From NCBI GenBank assembly GCA_030141605.1, contig JAQGDQ010000038.1, forward strand, positions 248,001 to 312,000: a stretch of 64,000 nt of DNA, read 5' to 3'. Shown piece after piece: positions 1 to 12,500 of this stretch (its first letter is position 1; each line of letters begins with the position of its first letter). The notes beneath the pieces are model-generated. The model did no database searches. It was not told the DNA's origin and saw nothing but the letters and a program-made list of their open reading frames with translations. Source of the stretch: Tubiluchus corallicola. Its lineage: Eukaryota > Animalia > Priapulida. The translations under genes and the position numbers were made by a program.

Positions 1-157
1 TTGCAATTTATGATCTTATTGAGGTTCCTCAAGACTGAATTGATTTCAAGTGCTATTAGAAGATTCTAATCACTAATAATTTATTACTAGGTATTACGTT
101 GTATAGTAAACAGTGTGCAGTAGCAGTACCGTATAAAAAAAAGCCTATGTTACTAAC

Positions 158-3100
158 CGTTCACGTCTAGATAATTCCACTTTTGTATCTGCATCAATAT
201 CAGTCGCCTTCCTCGTCTTTGCTTTAGCTCTATTTGGATTTTCTATTTCAATTAAATGACTCACACCTTTTTTGTCCTAGAGAAAAGCAAAAGTGCCAGT
301 TAAACGGGATGTTCTATTTGGAGTCACCTAACTTATTCAAAAAAGATGCTTAAAGCCAAGCAACACAATAGATTTAATGACATATACAATAGAATCAAAG
401 CCCATCAAAAATAATAAGTAACTGCCCTGCGAACAATTTTGCTCATAAATATCAATAATGCACAAACATCCTACATTCACTGAGTTTGTATATTATCCTT
501 GCCCTTTAACAGTCCTGTTAGGTATTATGATCAATGCAAAGCCAGCAGCAGCTTTTACTGACACAAAGTGCCAGGCAGAGTACAATAGCATGACATCAAA
601 ACAATGCAAGTGTCACTGTAACTTCTAAGCGAGAATCGCCCAAAACTAGAAGTTCCATTTGGTGGAGGTGACCCTAAAAGACAACCACATCGCCACAGGG
701 GCGTCGTGCACCAAAAAAAATTGGGGGGGGGCTGACTGTATATAATGGCGGAACTTAACTGTTTAAAAAACGTCGATGATCTCATAGAACAGAGCTGTTC
801 GGAGAGAATCAACACCGGTTTGTTGCGTTATCTCTGTATGCCAGTACTCATCAATTCTTTTCGAGACTTTGCGACGACGTGGCTCACTGTACTGCACCCC
901 AATGCTCTCAGATATTTCTTGTGCAATCTTCCAGTACTTTTCGAAGTCATTCACCGTTCGCTTTGCTGCAGTCTCTTTAATTAAGGCTTGGATGAGAACC
1001 ATGATGAAATGTGCTCAAAATCACGCCTTTTTATGCAGCAGACTCGTGGGAAAGAGTCGCTAAGGAGTAGCTAAGAGTCGGTAATGTCCAATCAGGAGGT
1101 GGCTCATCAATTTGCATATCCCAAACCGACTCTCTGGTACTAGGCTAGCTCGACAAACTGACTCTCTGGTACTAGGCTCAACATGACTTCAATGTTTGTA
1201 TTGCTTTTGCTCTATTATTTCACTGCTGAACGAAGCTCGAGTGCTAACTGAGCCGTTTTGTTAACTAACAGTCTTTTGTGCAAAGACGCTAATGCTACTC
1301 AAAGAGCTGCTTTGTTAACTGTTCCTGCCTGCCTCCTGAATAGATTACATGCAAACAAATTAACTACATCCTGACTTTCAGGTAAACACATCTGGTCAGG
1401 CACGTATTAACAGTCAGAATAATTTAACTCGGCGACAAACTTTAATGATAAAAAATATTATTGGGTTACTGTACCGAAACGCTCATACTGTTTGCATTTA
1501 TGGAGCGCTGGCCCGCTATTGTGTGTCAAAAAGTCGGAAATAAATTTGCTTACCGTTTGCCGTCGAGTTCTCATGTTTCTCTCTTTGACATTTTCTAAAA
1601 AAATTGGGGGGGGGGCCCAGGCCCCTATGGCACGACGCCACTGCATTGCCATGTAGCCCCATTTATCCTCTTTCCAAAGACATAAATCTCCTTCCAAGAC
1701 CACCCACCAAAGTTAGAACTTTTTTCTACACAGTTTTCCGAGAAAATTTTGAAAAAAAAAACGGGTAGCTGGGTCAAGGAAAATGTCCACTGCGGTTGTT
1801 TGTTTTGTTTTCTAATCCATGTAAGTAGACACAATGATACAAAATGAGATATATGAGACAAAATGATTACACATCTAAGTGCATATTTTTTACACAGATC
1901 AGCATACGGCAGTGTGAGAACGCATTACTTAATGCCAAGTCCTACTACTACTGTTAAAAGTGATGGTGGGATTGGAAGAAGCTTTATTACGAAAGATAAT
2001 CTCCTATGATGAAAACTGAGCTATGTCAGAAGTTTCTTAGTTATGCTGGCATTATTTATAGGCTTTTATACCCATGATGAACCCAGTAATGGCAAAAGGG
2101 AAGCCACACAAAAACATTTGCTAAAAAGGCTCAGTGCTGCTTAATTTTCACAGACAAGGACACAACTTGAACATTTTTACACAAATTTTACCTCTTCTTC
2201 TGAATCTGAAGAGCTATCAGACTCTTCATTATCTGCCTTTTCATCTCCTTCAGGTGGCTCATCATCCCCATGCTTAACCTGCGGGATAAAAAGCAGATAC
2301 CAAATGTAATATTAAGTGAAAAATTGCATATACACAATGCAAGAATGTTCTATTAGCAATATACACAAATGCTGCTATAAGATTTGACAGCTCAATACAA
2401 CAACCTTAATATAACGATAACATAATTTGTTATAAGGCAGATTATGTAGCTTAAAAACTGCTCTTAATAAAGTTACTTTTTATATAGTTTGAAATTCTGC
2501 AAGCCAGTGGAAGTACTCGCTGAAAAGCTAAAGCCTAGCTCCTCTAAGATGAAACACTGAACCGATCTACGTGCTTATACCTTAGTAAAAATTGTCACCT
2601 AGCAAGGTAAACACTATAGGGGGGCACTTCTACAGTACAGTGCAAGAAATTGCCTAGAAGTAGTTTTATTGATGGTCACCCATCCATTTTACTGACAGGA
2701 TTCAGCTTCTGTCCCTACGCTCACAACATACTCTCTGCGTAGTCTTTGAAAACATTGTAAACAGTAAAACAGTCTTCATTTTGTTACTATTTTATTCTTA
2801 CAATACTGTGTGTGAACATAAGAGACAGTACGACCTAGTTATTACTAATCTAGGTCAGACACTTGGAAACATCAAAACAGCATCGTGCTGAACTAACTAA
2901 TCGCCTAGCTAAGAGTAATCAACATACAACTAACCTATCAAATTTTGTGCTGAAACGTAGCTATTATTACATATTATACTATAAGCTTGTATAGTATCTA
3001 TACGCCCATACATATATAAAAATATACATCTAACGTCTTATACTATACTAAAAAACTATACTATACTATCATTTATCTGTTCAACAGAAAACTAACCAAA

Positions 3101-4677
3101 CTTATATTCATTCTATGTCTTAAAAGCCAAAAGTGCTCACTTCCATAAGCACCACAAAAATTTTATGATAGCAGACAAAAGGAGATCTACATTATTATAA
3201 GTTTTCGTTCTGGATAATTGCAATACTAGTAAAATTATAATCAGAAGATGACAATCCCATATAAATAATGTTAAGGAACTACCTAGTGAACATAATAGTC
3301 ATCATACCCTGTACTCTTGTTTAGCTCGTTCTTCTGCCATTTGTCGCTCCATCTCTTCTGGTGAAGTAAAGTGCTTCTTGCCACCCTTTTTACTCTTTTT
3401 ACCTCCTCGTCCACCTCCACCTACAATACAAGACAAAATATTAAAATATTGGAATTATATATTCAATGTCAATCATTTGTTAACTAGGCTATTACAAAAA
3501 AAACTGTAGCATACATACAATAGACTTGTTGTTGTCTGTAAAATGCATCTAGTGATGTGCAGTCAGGTAGAGCTACTAGGTATACTTTAAAAGCACAGAA
3601 TTTCTTTTGATTTAGTAGGCAAAATGCATAAAAATTTCTTATCATACACAATTTAAAGGAGCAATACACCTTAAAATCATGTTGCGGTATATTAATAGTT
3701 ATTGTCTTTAGTATTTGATGGCACTATTTGCACAGAAAAATTAATTCCTCAAAAGTTGTTGTGCAGATAAGCGGCAACACCACAGGTACCAAACGACGAA
3801 AGCAGCAGTCTAACAGAACTTCTTCCACGAATATCAGAGAATTCTAATTTACACAACAGCCTTTTAAAGGGGACAAAAGCAAATGCTTTACAAAAACTAT
3901 GTCACTATGTCATAGATAAACTATGTCACTACCCTTAAAATGGTCTTTATCAAAAGTTTTAGTTCATTCATTAATAGAAGAAAGCAAATTAGCAACTACT
4001 GAACGAAACATGCTGAAACTTGGACAATGTTTGGCTAAAGTAAAAGAAACCAGAATCTAACAGACCTTTAAAGAAAAGATACACTCATATCTCGGTTTGC
4101 CAGACAAAAGCGGGGAAACGTTGGTCCCTATCTTCCGATTTTCAGTATTTATGGATACTACGCTAATACAGTAGGCACTGTGTATTGGACTCACGGTAAT
4201 GCAGAATCAATCACCTAATTGTCTCAAAAACGTCTAGTATGGTCCGCTCCTATGCAGAAGTATATAAAACCTGTTGGCAATTGACCCAAAAAACTCTGCA
4301 TAATTGATTCTATAGTTTTACAGAGAGATATACAAGTGGTTACACTGATGTAACGATGTAAACAAGTGACGGCCTGCGTGTCCATAATATGCGGGACTTT
4401 TTAACAGTCCAGATATTGTCCAATTCTGCCAATCCGTAAAAGCATGATCCAGCAAACCGAGAATGCGAGATATGAGTGCACAAGTAATTTAGTACATTGT
4501 ACAACTCTTTTTAACACCCATCCAGCTCCCTTGCTCGGCAGACGTCAGTATCAATTTTTTATGTGCGTTTTTCCAACTTGAGTCACGGAATCGATTCACT
4601 TTACTAATTACTAATACTAGTATTAGTAACTAATAGATACCTACATACACAATTTAAGCCTTACCACTTCGCGGCAT
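158..4677 (-). CDS. PDAP1: 28 kDa heat- and acid-stable phosphoprotein / PDGFA-associated protein 1, first 4 coding exons (3' part outside window)
   Basis: Exons 4677-4665 (MPRS+G), 3420-3308 (GGGRGGKKSKKGGKKHFTSPEEMERQMAEERAKQEYR), 2278-2192 (VKHGDDEPPEGDEKADNEESDSSSDSEEE) and 276-158 (DKKGVSHLIEIENPNRAKAKTRKATDIDADTKVELSRRE). All introns are GT-AG and phases are consistent. The motifs FTSPEE, KGVxxLIEIENPNR and ELSRRER are typical of PDAP1. Confidence 0.93.
696..1643 (-). mobile_element. Non-autonomous hAT DNA transposon (internal deletion derivative) in PDAP1 intron 3
   Basis: 14-bp TIRs CAGGGGCGTCGTGC (696-709) and GCACGACGCCACTG (1630-1643) match at 13/14. The 8-bp flanks catcgcca (688-695) and cattgcca (1644-1651) form a TSD with 1 mismatch. 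A subterminal AAAAAAATTGGGGGGGG motif occurs near both ends. Confidence 0.85.
763..1002 (-). pseudogene. hAT (ZMYM1-like) transposase fragment
   Basis: The ORF segment FEKYWKIAQEISESIGVQYSEPRRRKVSKRID...LRTALFYEIID resembles the region preceding the C-terminal dimerisation domain of ZMYM1-like hAT transposases. It lies inside the TIR-bounded element. Confidence 0.65.
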
Positions 4678-5451
4678 CCTGAATAGCAGTATCACTCAAT
4701 AAGCTCCAAATTATTACACACTTAAAGCTAGTCTGAGCAATCGAATTCAATCTGCTGATTCGGTTATCGTGTTAAAATTATCAAAAATTATAATATTGTA
4801 CTGAATTTGTCACTAATCAACACTATGCAAGCACGGAAATATTATATTTGATGCAAGCAAGGCTATGGCAATATAGCGGCAAAAGGAGGAGACTTGGGTT
4901 AACTAGTTAAAGCAGTTCTTCTTCTTTTTCTTCATACTTTTATGGGTGTGCCGATGTTCAATAGCAATTACTCATCAGATAACACTTATCTCATCCCTTT
5001 GGCGTTTAGTTTTAAAAATTTCGAAATGAAAACGGTTTTTGTGAAACGCCAAAAAGTACTGACTGCTACCTCTATATCAATTAAATGTAAGTGAGCATTT
5101 AGTGTACCTAATTTTTGTGTTATCAAGATGATAACTTTTTAACTAGCAAGTTATTGGCATTATTGTCATCTGAAATCTATCTTGATACTAGTTTTTGTGT
5201 CATAGTAATTTAGTATAGACTTATGTATTTATTGTGTAATCATACTAGAATATTTTGTTATATCTTGTCAAATTTGTATTTTAATGTAATCATAAATGTG
5301 TATTGCCGCAGCACTAGAAGGGTATCTGTGCAATTAAACTGAATAGAATTTACAATAATAGAAAAGTACACTTTGATAGTACTTCACACTGCTATAACTT
5401 TGCAACTGGCCATTGCCACAAAAGGTCAAGACCAGTTTTAAGGGCTGTTGA

Positions 5452-5613
5452 CAGGGCCGATTGACAGATTTCTTCGAATTGGGCACTGCGAAAAGAGAGC
5501 GGCCCTCCACACACACGGTCGAGCCGATGACTCTATGGATGAATTAATGAGAGTCCAGGGTGCACGAAGTTTCTTGATACTGTGCACACAGTGTAGTACT
5601 CAGTCTAACAGCA

Positions 5614-5657
<44 letters not shown>

Positions 5658-6201
5658 CGCGCGTGCGTGCGTGCGTGCGTACTTTTTTTACTGATCTTTT
5701 GTAATTTCAGTTTATCATCTGCTTTAGAAGGTACATGCACAAACAGTATGTCAGTAATTATCTTGAATTGTAATAAAACATTAAATATTTCATTCAGGTT
5801 TTCAGTTTCTAGTACATATTATTGTAGCTGATGAAGGAGCCTGAAGCCCTTAACTCTTTTTGGCTGCGAGTGGCATACTACATGAAACTAGTAGAAGCTC
5901 GTAACTGAAAGTAGTGCAGGTGCTGCCTCAGAAAATTATCTTCAGAAACGTTACATCACCTCCAAACAGCAAATACGGAAAGCAAAACAGTGCATTTTTA
6001 CTGCACAGCCGCAAAGCCAAGTTTTCTGTAGGCACTATTTAGAAATAAAGCCACGAATATACTTCTCATTGTTGCTTATTCTTTGATGAAATATTTGAAT
6101 ATTTCCAGGAAGCATAAAACATTAATCTTCAGCTTTTGTAAAGTAGAGGGCCCCACTAACAATTTTTTAATTGGGCCCCGCACTTCTTGGCACCGGTCCT
6201 G
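5452..6201. mobile_element. Possible degenerate hAT-type MITE
   Basis: The ends CAGGGCCGATTG (5452) and CACCGGTCCTG (6191-6201) are imperfect inverted repeats, with GGGCCCC subterminal motifs at the right end. No TSD was found. Confidence 0.3.
5611..5682. repeat. Compound (TG)n(CG)n(TGCG)n microsatellite
   Basis: Directly visible; about 72 bp of uninterrupted purine-pyrimidine alternation. Confidence 0.95.
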
Positions 6202-8155
6202 CTAAATGGATTATAACAAACTAATGTACTATAGTCTATAGGTACATAATTCCATCAACTAAAACAAATTAGGCAAGTAAATAATTAATGTACAAATTTT
6301 AATAAACTATGGAACATTCATTCAAACAAAGTTGGTATCAGCAAGTGATAACTGAAGATTGCAGGTAAGTACATGACATGAAAACTGAAATACAAAAAGT
6401 GATAGATATGACAATTTTAAAATCACAATGGAAAAGAGAAATTAAGCTAAAAACAAAAATGTGCCTGGAGAAATTAAGAATTAAAAAAGTTGATTGCTCA
6501 ATGTACTAAACTGAGGTTTTTAAAACACGCTAATATGTAAAGAATGTGTTAAAAGATGCAGCCTAAAAGAAACAAGTGACATTGACTATGAGAGTATAAG
6601 GCTGAACATGACAAAAATTAAGGGCAATTATACATGAGCCATTACAAAGACGTTTTATTGTAGCCTTTTTGTGGTTCCGCAGATGATTCAACTGAGCACT
6701 TTTTCGACTGCAAAGGAAATCAAATGTTAATTAAAGAAACAAATGTGAATACAAAAAGTGAAAGTGGGAAGCATTGAAAAAAGTTTGTGATTTCGTTGGA
6801 GACTGTATGAGTTTGAGAAAAATGTTAGATAAAAAACCTAAACAAAGTGGTGTTTAAAGAAATCCTGCCACCATGTCCTTACCTGAGGGCTCATTAAGGA
6901 TGAAGTGGGTTCAGCATGTGTTCATTTGATGCAACATAGACAATAATAATCATATCATGATAATAGTATGGCACGCTAAATTTGCATGACTGTGGTAGTC
7001 AAGTAATTTTAATCGCCATAAATATCAATGATTTCTATTAGTACATTCGATCTGCTCAACTGATCAGCATAGTTAGCAAAGTTATACTGTAGTGCCATAA
7101 TGATTATAATTAATTAAAATTTGTGGGTTTTTTGTTTTATTTCTGTTTGACCTATGTTTTTGACCCCTTTGATCACGTTATAATTTACAACATCACAAAT
7201 TTGCTTGCATTTCAGTAAATTTTGTTACTTATCACAGCACTAGCTGTTGTATCATCATGCAATACATGCTTTTTATTCTAGGATGCTACTATAAATTTCA
7301 CGACACTCTTATGTCACTGTTCCATAATATGCTTTTTGTGTATTGATCAAATTTGTGAATTACATATCTAGCTCCTCTCAACCTTTAGAGCATATAAACA
7401 TGCGTCTTATTTGTATTAAATTTACTTGTCATTAAATTCATTTTTAGATATTATGCTTTTTAATTATTTTTATTGGCACTAACTAATTATGGAATTATGA
7501 TTGCATGCTAGCTAATTTTATATTTTTGACCTCTTATGTATTTTAGAGCAGTTCTAATTTAATTTTATTCAAAGCATAACTAGTACACAGAACCTCTTGT
7601 GTCAACATTATTGTAAACACCAAAATTTTCGTAATTAGTAATCGGATTAGTTTTTCAATGTACACTAGTAGGTAGCTCTGCCTATACTGGTTAAATTGGT
7701 TAAGCAATTGTTGAAGCCTTCTCATGCTACATCTAATTATGTTCCAGTCAAAACATCTGTTCTCACAAGTTTGAATAAAGTTGTTTCTTTTAAAATACAT
7801 TACAATAGAATTCCTGTATAAATTAAGTAACTATTGTTGATATTATGTTATCGTACGTATTGATTGATTCTGTTTCGTCTGGTACTATAACCCAAATAAA
7901 AGTATTGAAGACAAGCTTTCATATTTTTGCACCATTAATTTTGGCATAAAAAGGGTTAATTCTGTATTATGGCAACAAACTTTCATATTAATTCCATACT
8001 GTCTATTGCTTTCACGATAAAAGCAACAAAACTAATTACGGCCTATCTCCGCGACCAAACGCTAGACTCGCCAAACACAGCCCACAATGTGGCTTGCAAA
8101 TAAACTTCGGTAAACTGTTTTTCAGTTTACAAAGAATTACGTTATTGTGGAAGTT

Positions 8156-9474
8156 GGGAGCCGAGTAATCCACTAGCCCAAGTAGGACCATTGGCGTACA
8201 TGACCTAGCCCAAGTAGGACACTAGAGACAGGTCGCGAATTGAGTCGTTAAGTGTACTGGCACCGTCCGTTGTCCTTGTCTATGTAATAATAATAATAAT
8301 TAAAAACGTTACTACACGTTGAATAATTTATTATACATCTGATAAAATAAAAGAATTTTATTCTAAGCTGATAGAACGGACAATATTAAATTTGGTTTCG
8401 ATATTAATGTTGTTGAAGAGAAAAAAACCCACTTTTTTGCGAGTTCAACATTTGTTTAAGGTATATCATTTTTGATTTTGCCTCGCTTCACAAACAGGTG
8501 ATCCGTTTCACTACCTCTAGGGCAAATAATTGTTTTCTTCTAAGTAAATGTTCTAGCGATCGACGTGTCCTACATGGGCTAGCGAGCTACAGTGCCCTAC
8601 ATATTACAATACTACTGATACTATTAAAACTAATTGTCTTTGCTTTTCCTAAATGTTAAAATTACTTTTTGGTGTTGTGAAGGCTTAGCAGCATCTGTCT
8701 CATTTTTAAATTTGCAATTACTACGTTTAATGTTATGATGATATTAATGGAGCTAATCATAATGATGAAATTATTGTAAAAAATGCATTTGTAAATTGCC
8801 AAGGAATATCCATTTCTAAAATAAATTTTGCTTTATGTTTTATTATGTCATAATAATACTAATAAACAATGGTAATATAAACTGGAAACAAATTGAGCAG
8901 GGGTTCCCCTAGCAAGAGAAAAATGATGAAATTTGCCCAAAATTGGGCCCTTTTATCCAGAAAAAGCATGACAAAGAGTCATTATAGAGTCGGTAACATC
9001 CAATCAGGTGGTGAGCCATCAATTTGGTATCATGATTAGCACTCATAACAACAGGCTGCATAACACAACTTCAATGTTTGATATTTTCCTGCAGTATTGT
9101 TTCATTTCACCACTAATATAACCATACTGCTGAACAACGCTAGACTGCTAAATGAGCTGCTTTGTTACCAAACAAACTCTCGTTCAGTAAACGAGCTACA
9201 AAAGTCACCGCAAAAAAATCTATGTACTGCATGCTGAGTTAAACACCTTGTCAAGCAAGTTTCCATGACGCCAAACTGACGACAACTCAACCAACAAGCA
9301 CAATTTTTAATAAAATGAAGAAACTGTTACAGAATTTTTAAAAATTTGACAAAATTACCGATTCTCGACAAAAATCGCCAGTGTCCTACTTGGGCTGCCC
9401 ATGTACGACACTACTTTTAGCACATGGGTTTTACCGGAAGTGTTCTACTTGGGCTAGTGGGTTACTCGGCGCCT
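8156..9474. mobile_element. MITE family A, copy 1 (with about 600 bp extra internal sequence)
   Basis: TIRs GGGAGCCGAGTAATCCACTAGCCCAAGTAG ... CTACTTGGGCTAGTGGGTTACTCGGCGCCT. Segments 8156-8670 and about 9290-9474 align closely with 27896-28618. Subterminal GCCCAAGTAGGAC repeats are present. Confidence 0.85.
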
Positions 9475-9585
9475 TGCAGTAGCTACAGTTTTTAATTATA
9501 ATGTTGTCGTTTTGGTTCGCGATTTGCGGAAATGGGATGTAATGAGAAGTCGTTGGTAATATTTAGTTTCCTTTAGGATTTCGCC

Positions 9586-12500
9586 ATGGGTAGTGAAAAA
9601 AACAGAGCCAAAATTGTAGAGTTGCTGAACAAACCAGGGAATAATGAATGTGCAGACTGTGGTGAACAGGGTAAGGAATTTAAAGTTATAAGAAGTTTAC
9701 TTTCTTGTATGCTTGGAACAGGCTATGTAGGATGCTTTTCTATTTTATCTTTCAAAGGAGAAGAAGCCTTATGGGCTTTTTAAGTTAAAGGCGGATATAA
9801 GCCCTTTTCAAATACCATTTCGAAGTGTTTGAGAAGTGTACTATATATACCAGAAGTGTACTACTAGTACTATAACTAAATAAGCAAGCTCTCGGTTAAA
9901 TTTGATGCAGTATATTGAACTAGTCAGTGTGTAGTCCAGTTAATAATAATCATAATTATACTAATTAATATGAAGTTTTGCAGTACCTATTACTGCTAGC
10001 AAGTATCATTGGGCAGCCAAAATTCACTCAGTTTGATTAATAATGTAATTGCAGTAGTCGATCTGTATCTCATAATAGCCAATATAACTAAGTAGCAGTA
10101 CATCAGTTTTATATATATATAATTGATGTGCTGCTCTACTACATATATATGTATGTATGTATGTATGTATGATAGCAATCTGTAGTTCTACCTGTATATA
10201 ATTTTCTTTTTGTACTTGCCAATGTGTGTAATGTTAATTGCATATTTGCACAAAAAATTAAATTGAATTGAATTATAGTCATATTATGAGCCTTGTTCTT
10301 TTCATTTAATTTATTTTGACGAGCACTATGCAGTTATGTCTGATAATTACAAAATAAAGTAAACTTGTTTCTATATTTTACTATAATAGCGTTTTTGCTC
10401 TTTTCAGCGATGTAATTCTGATCAGACATTCACAGGTTAAGACATGAAGCTTATATTTGGCATGTTACTGTCGAAAAAAAGTAAACAGTGTTATTTCAGA
10501 TTCCAGAAACCCATTTTCCCTGCTACTGTTATGGGCTGCCATAATATCTCTCATCTGCTGGGTTATTGTAGTAGTTTCCTGAGAGGTATTTTTTAACTTT
10601 CGACGAAGGAAATCTGAGGCCCACTGCCGACATCCGCAATTTTTTTGCACTCTGCTACAAAAACCATCAGCAACAATGCATGGCATTGTGGCCTGCCCAC
10701 AGAAAGTGCAATTTTCTAAATGCACTTTTTAAATGATGAAATTTCTGGCGCACTATTGTCTCATTACTGGTAGAGTAAGTGGTTCTGGTATTCATTTAGA
10801 TAACTTTTAAGCTTGTCAGTGTTCTCTTTTTATAAAAGGAACTTAGGAAACCTTATTAATAACGGGCTGAGTAATTTTACTGAAGAACATCTTTTCAGTA
10901 ATTCTAAAGATTTTTTCACACCTGTGGTTATTGCACGTTTGGTAGAGAATGACCCAGATTTTGCTAAGTACACTTCTTGATGTCTTGAATTTTTGAAGTT
11001 GGTATTCCTACAATATGGTTAATATATATTAGCAAGTCGTATAGCATGTCATTATAACATTAACTATTGACATTTGAATGATTGATTATGGTATTTTTAT
11101 TTACAGCATTACTTGTTTGCACTAAGTTCTCCCAATGGGCTTACGATGTAGGTAGGCCTGGTTTCTAGAAGCATAGATTTAATCTTTGTTATCAGTAAAA
11201 TAAATACAAGTCCATGCTACATTTTTCTAACTAGTAGTATTTAGGCCGGGAACTGTAAGTAACTTTAGGAGAAAATGTGTGACGGAATTTTGATTTGTAC
11301 AGCGGTGTTTCATCGTGCCCGTAACTGGGTTGATATCCATAGTTAGGTCTTATGGCATAGTCGTTACTTGCACTGTAGCTAGGTTTCGAATAATAATCAT
11401 TACTCGGGGTGTCATCATAGCCATAGCTCGACTTCGCTTTTTGACCACGTCTATTGTATAGTGAAACAGAACTACTAATGTGTTTGTGAACTGGTTTTGC
11501 ATTATATCCATAATCATCCTTGTCGTCATATCCATAACTTGGTATGCTGTCATATCCATAGGTAGGCTTGATGTCGTCATAGCTTGGCTTAGCTTCATAT
11601 CCATAACTTGGTTTAATGTCATATCCATAATTCGGTTTAGTGTCGTATCCATAGTTTGGTTTAGTGTCATATCCATAACTCGGTTTAGTGTCATGTCCAT
11701 AACTTGGTTTAGTCTCGTACCCATAACTTGGTTTAGTGTCATATCCATAACTTGGTTTAGTGTCATATCCATGAGCTGGTTTAGCATCGTATCCATAGCT
11801 TGATTTATAGTCATAACTTGGCTTGGTATCATAGCCATAACTTGGTTTCGAATCATATCCATAACTGCCCTTATTGTCGTAACCATAACTTGGCTTCGTA
11901 TCGTATCCATAACTGTTCTTGGTGTCATAACCATAACTTGGTTTTGTATCATGTCCAGAACTGCTTTTGGTGTCATAGCCATATCCATGTCTAGGCTTGG
12001 TGTTATATCCATGTCTAGATTTTGCATTGTAAGTTGACCTGGGTTTTAGGTCAAGACCATAAATAGATTTTGAATTGTATCCAGTGCTAGGTTTTGCTGC
12101 ATATTCGTAGCTTGGCTCGATGCCATATCCATAATTTGGTAGTGCTTCATATCCATAGTTAGGTTTGTCGTAGCTGTAGCCTGCTATTCCATGCCCTCGA
12201 CCATGTTTGGAGTACCCGCGAGAACTCGGTCTTCCTGAATATTGTTTAGGCGGTCTGTACCCATAAGGCAATCTGCTGTCGTAGCTACTGCTTTCATGAC
12301 TGAAATGAATTTTATTGTTATTAATTAGTGCAATTAATCTAGTGGAGTTAAACATTTGAAATTTTATATATTATTTACTACTTTTAGTCTCCTGGTCAAT
12401 TAAATTTTGCTTTGAGCATTTTAAATTGAAATGCAAATCTGAAATTATGTGAAAATACTTAGTCGTTAACTCATTTCCTGCTAGAATTTTCTAGTTAATA

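Noticed and set aside
5448-5831. 127-aa ORF with VCVCVC/ARAR runs
   Set aside because: It is a translation of a dinucleotide microsatellite with no domain signal.
11350-12027. 225-aa Met/Asp/Gln-rich repeat ORF (and plus-strand ORFs 11480-11803 and 11800-11994)
   Set aside because: These are shadow frames of the 24-bp coding repeat. Only the YGYDTKPS frame connects in phase to signal-peptide exons.
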